This document shows, one piece after another, positions 1-10,276 of a DNA stretch of 64,000 nucleotides (position 1 is its first letter; every line of letters starts with the position of its first letter). The notes beneath the pieces were generated by a model. It searched no databases, was not told where the DNA came from, and was given only the letters and a program-made list of their open reading frames with translations. Position numbers and translations under genes: made by a program. This stretch comes from an uncultured Chloroflexia bacterium. GTDB taxonomy: Bacteria; Chloroflexota; Limnocylindria; Limnocylindrales; CSP1-4. The stretch covers positions 1 through 64,000 of the forward strand of contig CAVVJT010000004.1 in assembly GCA_963748625.1 (NCBI GenBank). Direction: 5' to 3'.

Positions 1-1291
1 CGACGGCGGCCATGACGTACGGGAGGACGACCATCACCGCCGCGGCGGCGAGGAGGGTCATCCCGATCAGCTCGAGGTTGGCCTGCAGCATGGTCGCGGT
101 CAGGAGGATGACCATCAGTGGCGCCTTGAACAGCACGACGAGGAAGCCGGCCATGACCCCGCCGATCACCACGTCCACGGGCAGGCCGGGGAACAGGAGG
201 CTGATCGCCAGCGCGACGCACACCGAGGCGAAGATGGCGGGGAAGGTCGGCCCGCCGAGGAAGCCGCTCTTGAATGCGACCGCCAGCAGTGCGAGCTTCA
301 CGACGGCCATCGCGACGAGGACGAGCGGGCCGTACTTCGCGGGATCGGCGGCCACTTCCTTGATCTGCGTCTCGCCTGAGAAGAGGAGGATCGGCGCAAG
401 CATGCCCACGATGCTGAAGATCACGCCCGCGACGAGCGCCCGCTCGACCTCCCGGCCCTTGAAACGACCGAACAGGGCCGCAGCGGCACGGAAGAGGACG
501 CTCGAGATCACGGCGAGCACCAGGCCGATGAGCCCGAACACCACCACCAGGAGGAGGTCGATCGGCGCGTACGCGCTGCTCTCCGCGAGTCCGAGATAGT
601 CCTGGAGCCCCGTGTTCCCCACCGCGAAGAACACGAAGTAGCCGATGGCGCCGCCGATGAGGTTGGCCGGCAGGTTGCGGCTTCGTGCCTCCGGGTCCGC
701 GATCAGCTCGGTGCCCAGGACGCCGGTGAACAGCGGGTTGGCGATCAGGCCGTTGTACGCGGACGCGAGGGTCGAGAAGACGAGCCGGGAGCGGTGCTCC
801 ACGGGGATCCCCACCTTCTCAGCGTAGAGGGCCGCGATCTTGGAGCCGATCCCGCCGATGCCGCCCTCCGGCCCGAGGACCGCCCCCGAGAACAGGGACG
901 CCCAGGCCATGAGGACGTTCACGGGCAGCGCGCGCCAGTCGATCTTCGTCACGTCGCCCGCCAGGCTGTCGAGCAGCGACTCATCGAGGGTCGTCGGGGC
1001 GTGGCGGTACTTCACGAGCAGGCCGACCAGGAGCGAGAAGGGCAGACAGATCACCGGGAACATCCACGGGGTGGCGAGGACGAACTCGTTCTCCCAGAGG
1101 GCCTTGTTCACCACCTCGAAGATGATCAGCCAGGCGAGCACGGACACCGCGCCGATGATGGCCACGACCACGACGTGCACGTACGGGTGGACCGGCCGCG
1201 CAGCCGAAACCGAATCGCTGATCTCGCGCTCGTTCCCGGCGCCGGCCACGGACAGCGGGTCGTCGGCCGGGTCGCCGCTGGACTGGCTCAT
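1..1291 (-). CDS. ClC-family chloride channel / H+:Cl- antiporter (3' end runs off the window)
   Basis: Manual minus-strand translation from ATG at 1291 (MSQSSGDP...). Highly hydrophobic, with ClC-like motifs SLFSGAVLGPEGG and KSGFLGGPTFPAIF. No stop inside the window, so absent from the ORF track. Confidence 0.85.
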   Translation of the reverse strand, partial: MSQSSGDPADDPLSVAGAGNEREISDSVSAARPVHPYVHVVVVAIIGAVSVLAWLIIFEVVNKALWENEFVLATPWMFPVICLPFSLLVGLLVKYRHAPTTLDESLLDSLAGDVTKIDWRALPVNVLMAWASLFSGAVLGPEGGIGGIGSKIAALYAEKVGIPVEHRSRLVFSTLASAYNGLIANPLFTGVLGTELIADPEARSRNLPANLIGGAIGYFVFFAVGNTGLQDYLGLAESSAYAPIDLLLVVVFGLIGLVLAVISSVLFRAAAALFGRFKGREVERALVAGVIFSIVGMLAPILLFSGETQIKEVAADPAKYGPLVLVAMAVVKLALLAVAFKSGFLGGPTFPAIFASVCVALAISLLFPGLPVDVVIGGVMAGFLVVLFKAPLMVILLTATMLQANLELIGMTLLAAAAVMVVLPYVMAAV

Positions 1292-1690
1292 CGCACCCCT
1301 GCTCCGTGAGGACGCTACGCGGCGGTCGCGTCCAAGCTGTTGACCGCCGGACATCACCAGGTCCCGTCGAGGACTGTGGGACCTGGACGGTCCATGCGGA
1401 GGATAAGGAACCACGGCTGCCAGCGCGCGGTGTGGCGGTGCGTGGTCGTCGCAAACCGAACCGTCCCGAACTGTCTGCCACACGCCGCCCGCCGAGAGCG
1501 TCTCAAGGGCGAGTCCACGTAGTCGGCGGTGCGACATGACCACTGCCCGCCCTGACCTCTTGCGGCGCGCTTCCACCCCAACGGCCGCCCGGTCGAGAGG
1601 TGCCTGCTCGGCCGACTTGGTTGGCAGGTCCAGGGCGGTTCTCGCGGGCAGCGCCGCGGATCGCATCTCCGCGCCGGAAAGGAGCCAGCG

Positions 1691-3175
1691 ATGAACGCAC
1701 GCCCATGGAGGCGCCTCGGATGTGCCTCGCTCGCCATCGTCGTCGCACTCCTCGGCTTCGCCCCGCCCGGATCCGCCGCTTCCCGGCCGGATGCACCCGA
1801 CGTCACCGCGCTTGCGCCTTCCATCGACGCGTTGCTGCCGGTCCCGCGTTCGTCGGTCGGCTCGGATGACGTGAAGATGGCCCCCGCGCCGAGCGGCCGC
1901 CTGTTCATCGCGATCCGGAGGCCCGCCAGCACCGTCATCGCGGGACTCGACGCCCGTGGCCGCCTGCTCGCCGGGTGGCCCAAGCTGCTCGACGGCTGGA
2001 CCGGTTGCTCCATCGGAACGGTGGCAAGCGACAGTTCCGTCCGCCTGGTGTGCGGGAACCGGCGCGGGTCCGTCCGGGCGTTCGGCTTCGACGCGGGCGG
2101 CCGACGGCTCACTGGCTGGCCGGTGAATGTGACGGCCGCCGCCGGGGCGCAGTTCACCGACTACGATCACTTCGTCAACGCGGGTGACGAGCCGAGGGTG
2201 GTAGGAGGGAGTCTCTACATCCTCCTGCAGCGCTGGGACGGCGGGCAGGCCGTCCGACTCGTGCGGATCTCGCCGGCGGGTCGGATCAAGGTCGGCCGGG
2301 CGTTCGACTTCCCCGGCGGCGAGTGCGTGCTCGAGTGGGCTCGCGCGCTCGGCTCCGACGGCACGGCCTTCGTCGTGCGCCAGCGCGCAGGCGCCGGGTG
2401 CCCCGGGGGCGACTCCTCCCGGATCTACGCGCTTGGCCTCGAAGGTGTGCGCCCCGGATGGCCGGTACGGGTTGCCGGCACCGCGTCCGAGCCCGTCGTG
2501 GGTCCCGAGGGGCGCGTGTACCTCGTCCGCCGGACGTCACGGTCGAGTGCCCGCGTCCGCGTGTTTGAAGCCGACGGCTCGAGGGTCGCTTCGTGGTCTC
2601 CCCTCCTCCAGGTCGAGCCATCCTCGGCGTGGTATGGGGCCGGCGGGTGGACCCCGGCGCCGCCCGTCGTCGCTCCGGACGGCAGCGCGTGGCTGGTCGG
2701 CGGCAGCAGCCCGGCCTACTCCACTGACCCCGTCACGAAGTCGTTTGCCCTGGCGCGAGACGGCTCCGTCCGTTCCGGCTGGCCCTACGTGACCGCCACC
2801 GCCGTGTCAGAGCAGAACGTCGTCGAGGCGTGCTCGACCGGGGGTGGCAGCCTGCGGGTCTCGCCCGTCGTGGGCCCGGGCAAGATCCTGTACCTCGCCC
2901 TGGAGCCGACGTCGTCGGGGATCGGCGGCCGCATCGTCGCCCTTGCCCCCAATGGCCGGGTGGAGCCCGGATGGCCGGTGGCGCTCGTCCGGTCCGCGTC
3001 GCGGTTCCGGTCCCTGGCTGTTGGCAAGGACGGCACCGTTTATGCCCTGGCCACCGAGGTCGAACGGCGGGAACGGGTCGAGGGCTGCCCGGGGACGGAG
3101 GTCAACTCGGCCACGATTGTCGCGCTGGGGCCGACAGGCGTGGTGCGGTACCGGCGAACGGTCATGCTTCCCTGA
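1691..3175 (+). CDS. Secreted protein with repeated GWP blades (probable beta-propeller)
   Basis: Signal-peptide-like N-terminus; about six repeats of DGxxxxGWPV (AGWPKL, TGWPVN, PGWPVR, ASWSPL, SGWPYV, PGWPVA); GGAG RBS upstream. Confidence 0.7.
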   Translation: MNARPWRRLGCASLAIVVALLGFAPPGSAASRPDAPDVTALAPSIDALLPVPRSSVGSDDVKMAPAPSGRLFIAIRRPASTVIAGLDARGRLLAGWPKLLDGWTGCSIGTVASDSSVRLVCGNRRGSVRAFGFDAGGRRLTGWPVNVTAAAGAQFTDYDHFVNAGDEPRVVGGSLYILLQRWDGGQAVRLVRISPAGRIKVGRAFDFPGGECVLEWARALGSDGTAFVVRQRAGAGCPGGDSSRIYALGLEGVRPGWPVRVAGTASEPVVGPEGRVYLVRRTSRSSARVRVFEADGSRVASWSPLLQVEPSSAWYGAGGWTPAPPVVAPDGSAWLVGGSSPAYSTDPVTKSFALARDGSVRSGWPYVTATAVSEQNVVEACSTGGGSLRVSPVVGPGKILYLALEPTSSGIGGRIVALAPNGRVEPGWPVALVRSASRFRSLAVGKDGTVYALATEVERRERVEGCPGTEVNSATIVALGPTGVVRYRRTVMLP

Positions 3176-3265
3176 ACGCCCGCCGGCCGTCCCGGCTCCG
3201 TGCCTGCGGCGCACTGGGGCGCCAGCACAGTCGGAGCGCGGAGAGGCGGGTCAGCGTGTCCGGGG

Positions 3266-3831
3266 TCAGCGCGCCACGCGGTAGCGGAGGTAGACGACCT
3301 TCGAACTGAAGGTGCGGGTCTCGACGAGCTCGAGATCCACCCGGCGCTCGCGCTGTGGGAAGAACGGGATGCCACCGCCGACCAGCACCGGGTGGACCAT
3401 CGGCCCGGTACTCGTCGATCAGGTCCAGCGCGGCCGCCTCGGCCGCCAGCGTCGCGCCGCCGATCGCGATGTCGCCCTCGCCCGGCTCGGCCCGCAGCCG
3501 CTCGATCTCCTCGGCCAGGCCGCCGGAGGCCAGGCGGGCATTGCCCTCCACCGCCGACAGCGTGGTGGAGAACACCACCTTCGGAAGCGGTTTCCACAGT
3601 GCGGTCCACTCGCGCTCCGCGTCGTCGAGCGATGGATCCTGGTCGGCGGTCTCCCAGTACAGCATCGTCTCGTACAGCCGCCGTCCCATCAGGTGGACGC
3701 CGACCTCTCGAGATCTCGTCGATCCAGAAGCGGAAGACCTCGTCGTCGGGCGTCCCCCAGTCGAAGCCGCCGTCCGGCCCGACGATGAAGCCGTCGAGTG
3801 AGATGCCCATCGCATAGGTCACGGGGCGCAT
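3266..3831 (-). pseudogene. Dihydrofolate reductase-like (RibD C-terminal) protein with two +1 frameshifts
   Basis: MRPVTYAMGISLDGFI..., LMGRRLYE...PKVVFSTTL...IAIGGATLA...LIDEYR and VHPVLVGGGIPFF lie in three consecutive frames; breaks near 3710 and 3403; GAGGAGG RBS. Confidence 0.85.
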
Positions 3832-3933
3832 CAGCAGTCCTCCTCGGTATCGGACTCGACAATACCCCGGGCGTCGGCCTGCCCACGATCAGTGGCCGGC
3901 AGGGCACGGACGGACTGCCGCGCGAGGTGCTGG

Positions 3934-4800
3934 CTACGGGGTCGTCGTCGTTCCCTCGAGGACCACCGTGCGCACTCCCCGCTCGGTCGAATCCGCGATC
4001 TCCAGGATCGCCCGCGCCGGCCCGGGCCGCAACGGCGTGAAGCGGATGGTCACCTGGCACGACGACCCCATGTCAAGCGGTGTCCCGGAGCAGTTGTCGG
4101 CGACGATGTAGAAGGCGTCTGCGTCGAGGCCCGTTAGCCGACCCGAGACCGCCTGATCCACGTCACCAGGGTTGTCGAGGGAGACCGTTTGGTCTGCCGC
4201 GGGCGATCCCACTCCCGCCGGATCGAAGGCGACGCGCGTCCGGTCGGCGCGGAGGGCTGCGACCGGGACGGTCGAGTTGATCCGGACCTCGCCGTACACC
4301 GCGGGAACGGCCCCATCGCAGAACCACGTGTAGCTCAGCGCGAGGACCGTCACGCGCCCGTCGGGGGCTGCCTCCAGTTCATGGATCTTGAACAACGAGG
4401 CCGATCGCTCGCAGGCCTGGGAGTTGGGTCCGCCATAGAGGCTGAGCGACGTGGTCTGGCCGAAGGTGCCGGACTGCCACATGCCCACCCACGAGCCCGT
4501 GGCAGGGGCCCCCTCCTCCACGCTGTGCACCTGGATGAACCACCGCACGTCCGTCGTGGTGTCGTGCGCCTGGACCGACAGCGTCTCCCCGTAGAGCACG
4601 CCGGCTTCCACGATTGCGCCCACACCACCGATCACGGCGACGTCGTTCTGAAGCAGCGGCACGCCCGGCTCCGCATCCACGACGAACACCGTCGCGGGTG
4701 CCGGGGCAGCGGAGACGGCCCGCACGAAGAGGGTTCCGCCTGCGGCCACTGACGCGAGGGCGACGGCCGCCGCCAGCAGGGACACCGACGCTCGCCTCAT
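3934..4800 (-). CDS. Secreted protein with C-terminal choice-of-anchor D / ASH-like Ig domain
   Basis: Start MRRASVSLLAAAVALAS (signal peptide) overlaps the upstream stop (ATGA). C-terminus FYIVADNCSGTPL...SCQVTIRFTP...AILEIAD. Confidence 0.75.
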   Translation of the reverse strand: MRRASVSLLAAAVALASVAAGGTLFVRAVSAAPAPATVFVVDAEPGVPLLQNDVAVIGGVGAIVEAGVLYGETLSVQAHDTTTDVRWFIQVHSVEEGAPATGSWVGMWQSGTFGQTTSLSLYGGPNSQACERSASLFKIHELEAAPDGRVTVLALSYTWFCDGAVPAVYGEVRINSTVPVAALRADRTRVAFDPAGVGSPAADQTVSLDNPGDVDQAVSGRLTGLDADAFYIVADNCSGTPLDMGSSCQVTIRFTPLRPGPARAILEIADSTERGVRTVVLEGTTTTP

Positions 4801-7250
4801 CGCATCACCACGAATGCGTCGAGCACCACGCGTCGGCCACTCGAGGCGGCGGACGAGCGGATGGCGACAACCTTGAGCACGTGCTTCCCCGCGGCCGCCG
4901 GCACGACCCGGACGATCCTGCGGTGCCGCGCGACAGGCGAGTACAGGTCGATCGTTCCCACCCGAGCCCCGTCGAGGTACACGGCGAGGCGGCCCCCGTC
5001 GCTCCCCATCGCAGCAACCACGCCGACCGCGCTGCCGGTGAACGAGAGGCGCGCCGTCGCGCCGACGGCCGTCGTGCGGCGTACCGAGACTCCCGAGGCC
5101 CATGAGGGCGTGCGGCGGACCCATGGGCCGCCGTAGCGCACCGTGCTGCTCCCGTCCTGGACGGTCGACAGACTGAACACGCGGCCCGCCGCGATCGTGC
5201 TCCAGTTGCCGGCGACGTCCTCCGCGGCGGACCGGAACGCATGGGTGGTGCCACTCCGCAGGTTCCGGACCGCTGCGGTCACGGCGTCGGGCAGCTTGAC
5301 GGTCCCCCACGAACCGGCACCCGTCCGGGCCTCCAGCCGGTAGGCGCCGACACCGCTGTACGTGTCCGTCGTCCCATACGCCACGGTCACCGGAACAGTT
5401 CCTGCGTCCAGCGTCGCGCCAGACGTGAGACCTGCGGTCGGTGCCCGTGGGGCAGGCGCTGCGCGGTCCAGCAGGATGTCGTCGACGGCGGGGTCGGACA
5501 GGTTCCCCGCAGCATCGCGAACCTGGACCCAGACCTGCTTGGGCCCATCCGGCCCGCTGAACGTCCACGGGCGCTCCATGAAGGGCATCTCCGTCCAGGT
5601 GATCTGTGGCTGCCACAGGATCCACGGGTCCCACGTTGTGCCGTTCTGGGAGTACCGCACAGCGTCGATGCCGCCGGACGGCTCCGCGTCCGATGCGGTC
5701 ACCCGCAGCACCAGCCAGTCCGAGGTACACCAGATCGCCCCCGAGCCAAGCTGAATCGACGCATCGGGTCTCGTGGTGTCCGCTGGTGCGATCGACACCT
5801 GTGCCGATGACCCCGAGACGGAGCCTGAGCCGCTGTACTCCGCCGCGATGGTGTGACCGGCCGCGTCCGGTGCGACCGCGCGCAGCTCGGCCACGCCCGG
5901 CGTCACGGTCAGGCTCGCGAGCGTCATGCCGACGGTGAGATCCCGGATCGTGAGTGTGCCCGCAGTCGCCTGCTGCCGTCCGGCGACGTCCACGCTCGCG
6001 AACAGCCTCACGTCGGCACCAGCGGCCGCCGAGACCGCGGAAACCTCGAGCGTCGTGCGCGACGCGAGTGACGCCACGTGGACCGTCGTCTCGCTCGTGC
6101 TGCCTTGGTACGGCGCCGTGCCGAGGTACTCCGCGCGCAGGCGGTGGGTGCCGGCGGGCAGCGCCGCCCACATCGTCACGGTGCCGGCGTCGGGGGTAGG
6201 CACGGCGAGCATGCCGATCCGGGTGTCCCCGTCGTAGATTGCGACGTCGCCCGACCGCGGCACGGGGCTGACGGTCGCACTGATCGTCGTCCCGCCGGGG
6301 AAGCCGGATGCATCAGCGACCTCGAGCGTCGTGGTCGTCGGGGCGAGGCCCATCCCGGTGAGGTCGATCTCGCGCCATCCGCGTGGCGTCGAGTCCTCGA
6401 CGATGAGATCGGCTTCGCGGATGTCGTACCGGTCCGGTGCGAACCTGACGGACAGGACGCACGTCATCTCAGGCGCAAGTTCGGCATCGCAGGTGGAACC
6501 GGTGATCTCGAACTGGTCGGCGTCCGGGCCCGCGAGTCGCGGAGCCAGCGATTGCGGCAGGGTCCCGGTGTTCTGCAGCGTCACGTCCGCGGGCGGCCCG
6601 GCTTCGCCCAGGTTCACGGGGCCGAAGTCGACGGCGCGGGGTGCGTATGACAGCGCGGCGACGGGCGTCGTGGCGTCCAGGCGGATTGACCCGAACAGGC
6701 GGGCCGGCGTCACCTCGCAGACGTGCTCGAAGTCCATCGCGAGCCGCGTGATCCGGCCCTCGGTGTCGCGATCCAGCTCGAAGATCTCGAACTGCCCCGA
6801 GGACGCGTTGCAGCCGCTGCCGTTGGCATCCACGTCGAGCTGCGGGGCGTCGGCCTCCCGGAACCGCGTCGCGTTCGGGTAGACGCCGACGGCAAGAGCC
6901 TCTCCGTACGGCGCAGCGAAACGGATCGTGATCGACTCGCCAGGCTCGCCTCCGACGGGCGCCCCACTGACATAGATCCAGCCCTGGCCCGGATCGAACG
7001 GGAGCTGCAGGGTCGAGGAGACCGAACCCCCGGGTGCCCGGAAGGTCCCGGTCCGGTCCTTCATCAGCCACTCGTCCTCGCCGTCGAGGAAGGCGAGGGT
7101 GTACGGAGTGGGGGCCGGCGCGGGGTCGGCGGCCTGCGCGGGGCTAGCGCCCGGGACGAGCAGGGGCAGGACGAGCGCCGCCATGACAAGGATGGCTCGG
7201 GCGCGCCCGTGCGCCAGGCTCCGTGCTCCCGATCCTGCCCGTCGCGTCAA
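4797..7250 (-). CDS. Large secreted multidomain protein (choice-of-anchor D, Ig-like repeats, C-terminal beta-sandwich)
   Basis: Signal peptide ending PAQA; ASH-like domain (TCVLSVRFAP); Big_3-like repeats (GTHRLRAEYLG, GHTIAAEYSG). Start uncertain (7250 TTG or 7184 ATG). Confidence 0.75.
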   Translation of the reverse strand: MTRRAGSGARSLAHGRARAILVMAALVLPLLVPGASPAQAADPAPAPTPYTLAFLDGEDEWLMKDRTGTFRAPGGSVSSTLQLPFDPGQGWIYVSGAPVGGEPGESITIRFAAPYGEALAVGVYPNATRFREADAPQLDVDANGSGCNASSGQFEIFELDRDTEGRITRLAMDFEHVCEVTPARLFGSIRLDATTPVAALSYAPRAVDFGPVNLGEAGPPADVTLQNTGTLPQSLAPRLAGPDADQFEITGSTCDAELAPEMTCVLSVRFAPDRYDIREADLIVEDSTPRGWREIDLTGMGLAPTTTTLEVADASGFPGGTTISATVSPVPRSGDVAIYDGDTRIGMLAVPTPDAGTVTMWAALPAGTHRLRAEYLGTAPYQGSTSETTVHVASLASRTTLEVSAVSAAAGADVRLFASVDVAGRQQATAGTLTIRDLTVGMTLASLTVTPGVAELRAVAPDAAGHTIAAEYSGSGSVSGSSAQVSIAPADTTRPDASIQLGSGAIWCTSDWLVLRVTASDAEPSGGIDAVRYSQNGTTWDPWILWQPQITWTEMPFMERPWTFSGPDGPKQVWVQVRDAAGNLSDPAVDDILLDRAAPAPRAPTAGLTSGATLDAGTVPVTVAYGTTDTYSGVGAYRLEARTGAGSWGTVKLPDAVTAAVRNLRSGTTHAFRSAAEDVAGNWSTIAAGRVFSLSTVQDGSSTVRYGGPWVRRTPSWASGVSVRRTTAVGATARLSFTGSAVGVVAAMGSDGGRLAVYLDGARVGTIDLYSPVARHRRIVRVVPAAAGKHVLKVVAIRSSAASSGRRVVLDAFVVMR

Positions 7251-7395
7251 CCAGCCAACCCCCAGCCCGGGCTCTGTCTCGCCGGATCGCCGCGCCGCGT
7301 CCAGGCAGCGCGGCCGTAGCGTACTCCTGCCGTCGGGCGACGGCGGTTGACCTTCGGCACGCCCGCGGACGGCCACCTCAGCACGGGAGTTCGCG

Positions 7396-7683
7396 ATGGC
7401 CGGAAAGGTTCTGCAGCCGGGCGGGACCCTCGCCGGGGAGGACCTGGCGCGGGCCCGCGCTGCCTTCCTGACGGACCTGGGCGCGCTCTCGATCATCGAG
7501 CTCGATGCGGACACCTGCCAGACGGCGGCCTCCATCGCGGAGGCGTCGGCCGTGCGGACGCTGGATGCCCTGCACCTCGCGGCCGCGCAGCGGGTCGCCG
7601 AGCCCGGCATGCGCTTCCTCACCTTCGACCTCCGGCAGTCCCAGGCCGCCCGGGCACTCGGGCTCGAGGTCGTGCCTGCCTGA
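7396..7683 (+). pseudogene. N-terminally truncated VapC/PIN toxin
   Basis: RTLDALHLAAA...FLTFDLRQSQAARALGL is the C-terminal half of a PIN domain. No N-terminal DTS/DSS motif and no antitoxin upstream. Confidence 0.65.
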
Positions 7684-7924
7684 GCTATCGGCTGAGCACC
7701 TCGCCGCGGGCTCCGTCGCAGCGTCGTTCGTCAGCGTTCGTGCCTGCCAAGCCGTCGCGACCGATGACCCTTGACAGCGCGGGAGGTGCCCTGCTCTTGT
7801 CCTGATCAGGAGTCGGAGACACCAGTGAGCGAGAACGCCCGACTGTGACCGCGCATCGCGAGCAGGTTGCCATCACGCGGACCTTCGGTTGTGTCGGAAG
7901 ACCACCGCGGGCGCTTGCTGCTCG

Positions 7925-10276
7925 ATGACGCCCATCCCCAGGCGGACCGCTCGACGCGAGCCGCATGCACGGCCGGCGCGACACGCCCGGGTGCACGCAC
8001 ATCCCGCCGCCGCCGGCGTGCCGGGCTTCCGCCCCGACATCCAGGGCCTTCGAGCCATCGCCGTGCTCCTGGTCGTCGCCTTCCACCTCTGGCCCGAGGC
8101 TGTCACGGGCGGCTTCGTCGGCGTCGACGTCTTCTTCGTGATCTCGGGCTTTCTCATCACGGGTCACCTGCTGCAGCATCCGCCGCGATCTGCCCGTGAC
8201 CTGCTCGACTTCTGGGGTCGCCGGATTCGCCGGATCCTCCCCGCCGCCCTGCTCGTCCTGGCCGTCACCGCAGTCGCGACGCGCATCCTGGTCCCCGAGA
8301 CCCGCTGGGTGGCCGATGCGTCCGAGATCATCGCCTCAGCGCTCTACGTCGAGAACTGGGCGCTCGCGGCCAACTCGGTCGACTACCTCGCGGCAGCCGC
8401 CGCCCCGTCGCCCGTGCAGCACTACTGGTCGCTCTCGATCGAGGAGCAGTTCTACATCGTCTGGCCGGTGGTGCTGCTGGGTGCCTACTGGCTCGCCCGG
8501 CGGCTCCCGCTGGCTCCCCGTCCCGTCGTCCGGCTGGCGATGCTCGCGATCATCGGCGGGTCCCTGCTCATCTCGGCGACGGCCACCGCCAACGATCCGG
8601 CCAGCGCGTACTTCGTCACGCAGACGCGGGTCTGGGAGCTGGCACTGGGCGGCTTCGTGGCCACCCTGGTGCCCTTCGGGTGGTCGCTGCGCTCCACGCT
8701 CGTGGGCGACGGCCTCGCCTGGCTGGGCGTGGCAATGATCTGCGTGGCCGGCCTCGTCTTCACCGAGACCACCCCGTTCCCCGGAACCGCCGCGCTGCTC
8801 CCCGTCCTTGGGGCAGCCCTCGTCATCCTCGCCGCGGCGAGTGGACGACGCTCACCCACCCGTGTGCTCGCCTTCCGGCCGATCCAGCACATCGGGGACA
8901 CGTCCTACTCGATCTACCTCTGGCACTGGCCCCTCATCGTGCTCTGGCCGTACGCCTTCGGCCAGGTCGACCCGCTGCCGATCCTCGTCGCGTCGCTCGT
9001 GCTGGCCTGGGTCACCAAGGTCCTGGTTGAGGACCGGGTCCGGTTCGCCCCATCGCTGCAGCCGCTCGTGCCCACCTTCCGCTTCGCCGCCGTCGGCATG
9101 CTCGTCGTGTGCCTGATGGGTGTGGGGCTGCAGCTCGAGGGGCAGCGCAGGATCGATGCAGCCGTGGCGAGCGCCGCGAGCCCCGAGGGGCAGGCAGGCG
9201 ACGCATCCCCCGGTGGCGGCGGCGATGCTTGGGACACCGCGGTGGTCGACGTGTCGCTCGCGGAGGACGACCCGGAGATCACCGTGGAGGAAGGAGTCCT
9301 CGACGACCAGGAGCCCCAGCCAACGGCGGAGCCTTCGGCCGATGCCGCCGTCCTTGCACCGCCGGCCGCCACATCGGCGCCCGCCTCACCGAGCCCCTCA
9401 CCCGACCCGAACGCTGGCATCCGCACGTGCCTCGGCGCGGCCTCGATCGTTCGAGGGTTCGACGCGTGTCCCCAGGACCCGTCGGGACGCATGCGGCCCG
9501 ATCCCCTGGCCGCCAGGGGTGACGTGTCCGCCGCGTATCGGGACGGCTGCTGGATCTATCCGCCGTTCACCGCCCGCACGACCTGTCGCTATGGAAGCGG
9601 CAAGGTGAAGATCGCCCTTGTGGGCAACTCGCACGCCGGGCAGTGGCTGCCGGCGCTCCAGGTCCTGGCGAAGCGGCACGGGTGGACGATCACGACGTTC
9701 CTCGCGTCGCGGTGCAACGCGACGGACGCGAAGCTCGAGCTCTACGGCGGAACGGCCGGCTGCGCCACGTATGGCCAGTGGGTGCTGGACAAGACGAAGG
9801 GCGACGCGTTCGACCTGGTGATCACCTCCGAGCGCCAGTCCGTGGCGGCCAACGGCGAAGAGGATGAGAGCTCCCGCGCGGCCGCCGAGGACGGGTACCA
9901 GTCGTATCTCAAGAAGTGGAGCAGGGCCGGCACCAACGTGTTCATCCTGCGCGACACCCCATTCCCGGGTCACACGCTGAACTCGGTGCCCGACTGCCTC
10001 GCCTCGCACCGGTCGAAGCAGACCGCATGCTCGGGGACCCGCAAGGAGTGGCGCTCCTCCGACCCGCTGTACGACATCGCCGTCAAGCTCGGGCTGCCCG
10101 GGATCACCACGTTCGACACGACGCCCCTCCTGTGCTCGGCCACAACATGTCCGGCCGTCATCGGGTCGGTGGTGGCGTACTTCGACGCGTCGCACATCTC
10201 CGCGACCTACGCCCGATCGGCCGCCCGGTTCATCGATGCACCCATCCGCGCCGCGCTGGCGAAGGCGACGCGCTAG
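7925..10276 (+). CDS. Acyltransferase-3 plus SGNH domain O-acetyltransferase (OatA/OafA type)
   Basis: FRPDIQGLRAIAV, GGFVGVDVFFVISGFLIT, HYWSLSIEEQFY, SYSIYLWHWP; SGNH motifs GNSHA and DASH. Confidence 0.93.
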   Translation: MTPIPRRTARREPHARPARHARVHAHPAAAGVPGFRPDIQGLRAIAVLLVVAFHLWPEAVTGGFVGVDVFFVISGFLITGHLLQHPPRSARDLLDFWGRRIRRILPAALLVLAVTAVATRILVPETRWVADASEIIASALYVENWALAANSVDYLAAAAAPSPVQHYWSLSIEEQFYIVWPVVLLGAYWLARRLPLAPRPVVRLAMLAIIGGSLLISATATANDPASAYFVTQTRVWELALGGFVATLVPFGWSLRSTLVGDGLAWLGVAMICVAGLVFTETTPFPGTAALLPVLGAALVILAAASGRRSPTRVLAFRPIQHIGDTSYSIYLWHWPLIVLWPYAFGQVDPLPILVASLVLAWVTKVLVEDRVRFAPSLQPLVPTFRFAAVGMLVVCLMGVGLQLEGQRRIDAAVASAASPEGQAGDASPGGGGDAWDTAVVDVSLAEDDPEITVEEGVLDDQEPQPTAEPSADAAVLAPPAATSAPASPSPSPDPNAGIRTCLGAASIVRGFDACPQDPSGRMRPDPLAARGDVSAAYRDGCWIYPPFTARTTCRYGSGKVKIALVGNSHAGQWLPALQVLAKRHGWTITTFLASRCNATDAKLELYGGTAGCATYGQWVLDKTKGDAFDLVITSERQSVAANGEEDESSRAAAEDGYQSYLKKWSRAGTNVFILRDTPFPGHTLNSVPDCLASHRSKQTACSGTRKEWRSSDPLYDIAVKLGLPGITTFDTTPLLCSATTCPAVIGSVVAYFDASHISATYARSAARFIDAPIRAALAKATR

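Noticed and set aside
1292-1420. Fluoride riboswitch upstream of the ClC gene
   Set aside because: A GGTGATG and a hairpin (about 1357-1386) are present, but the conserved pseudoknot and GCTRATGAC elements are not.
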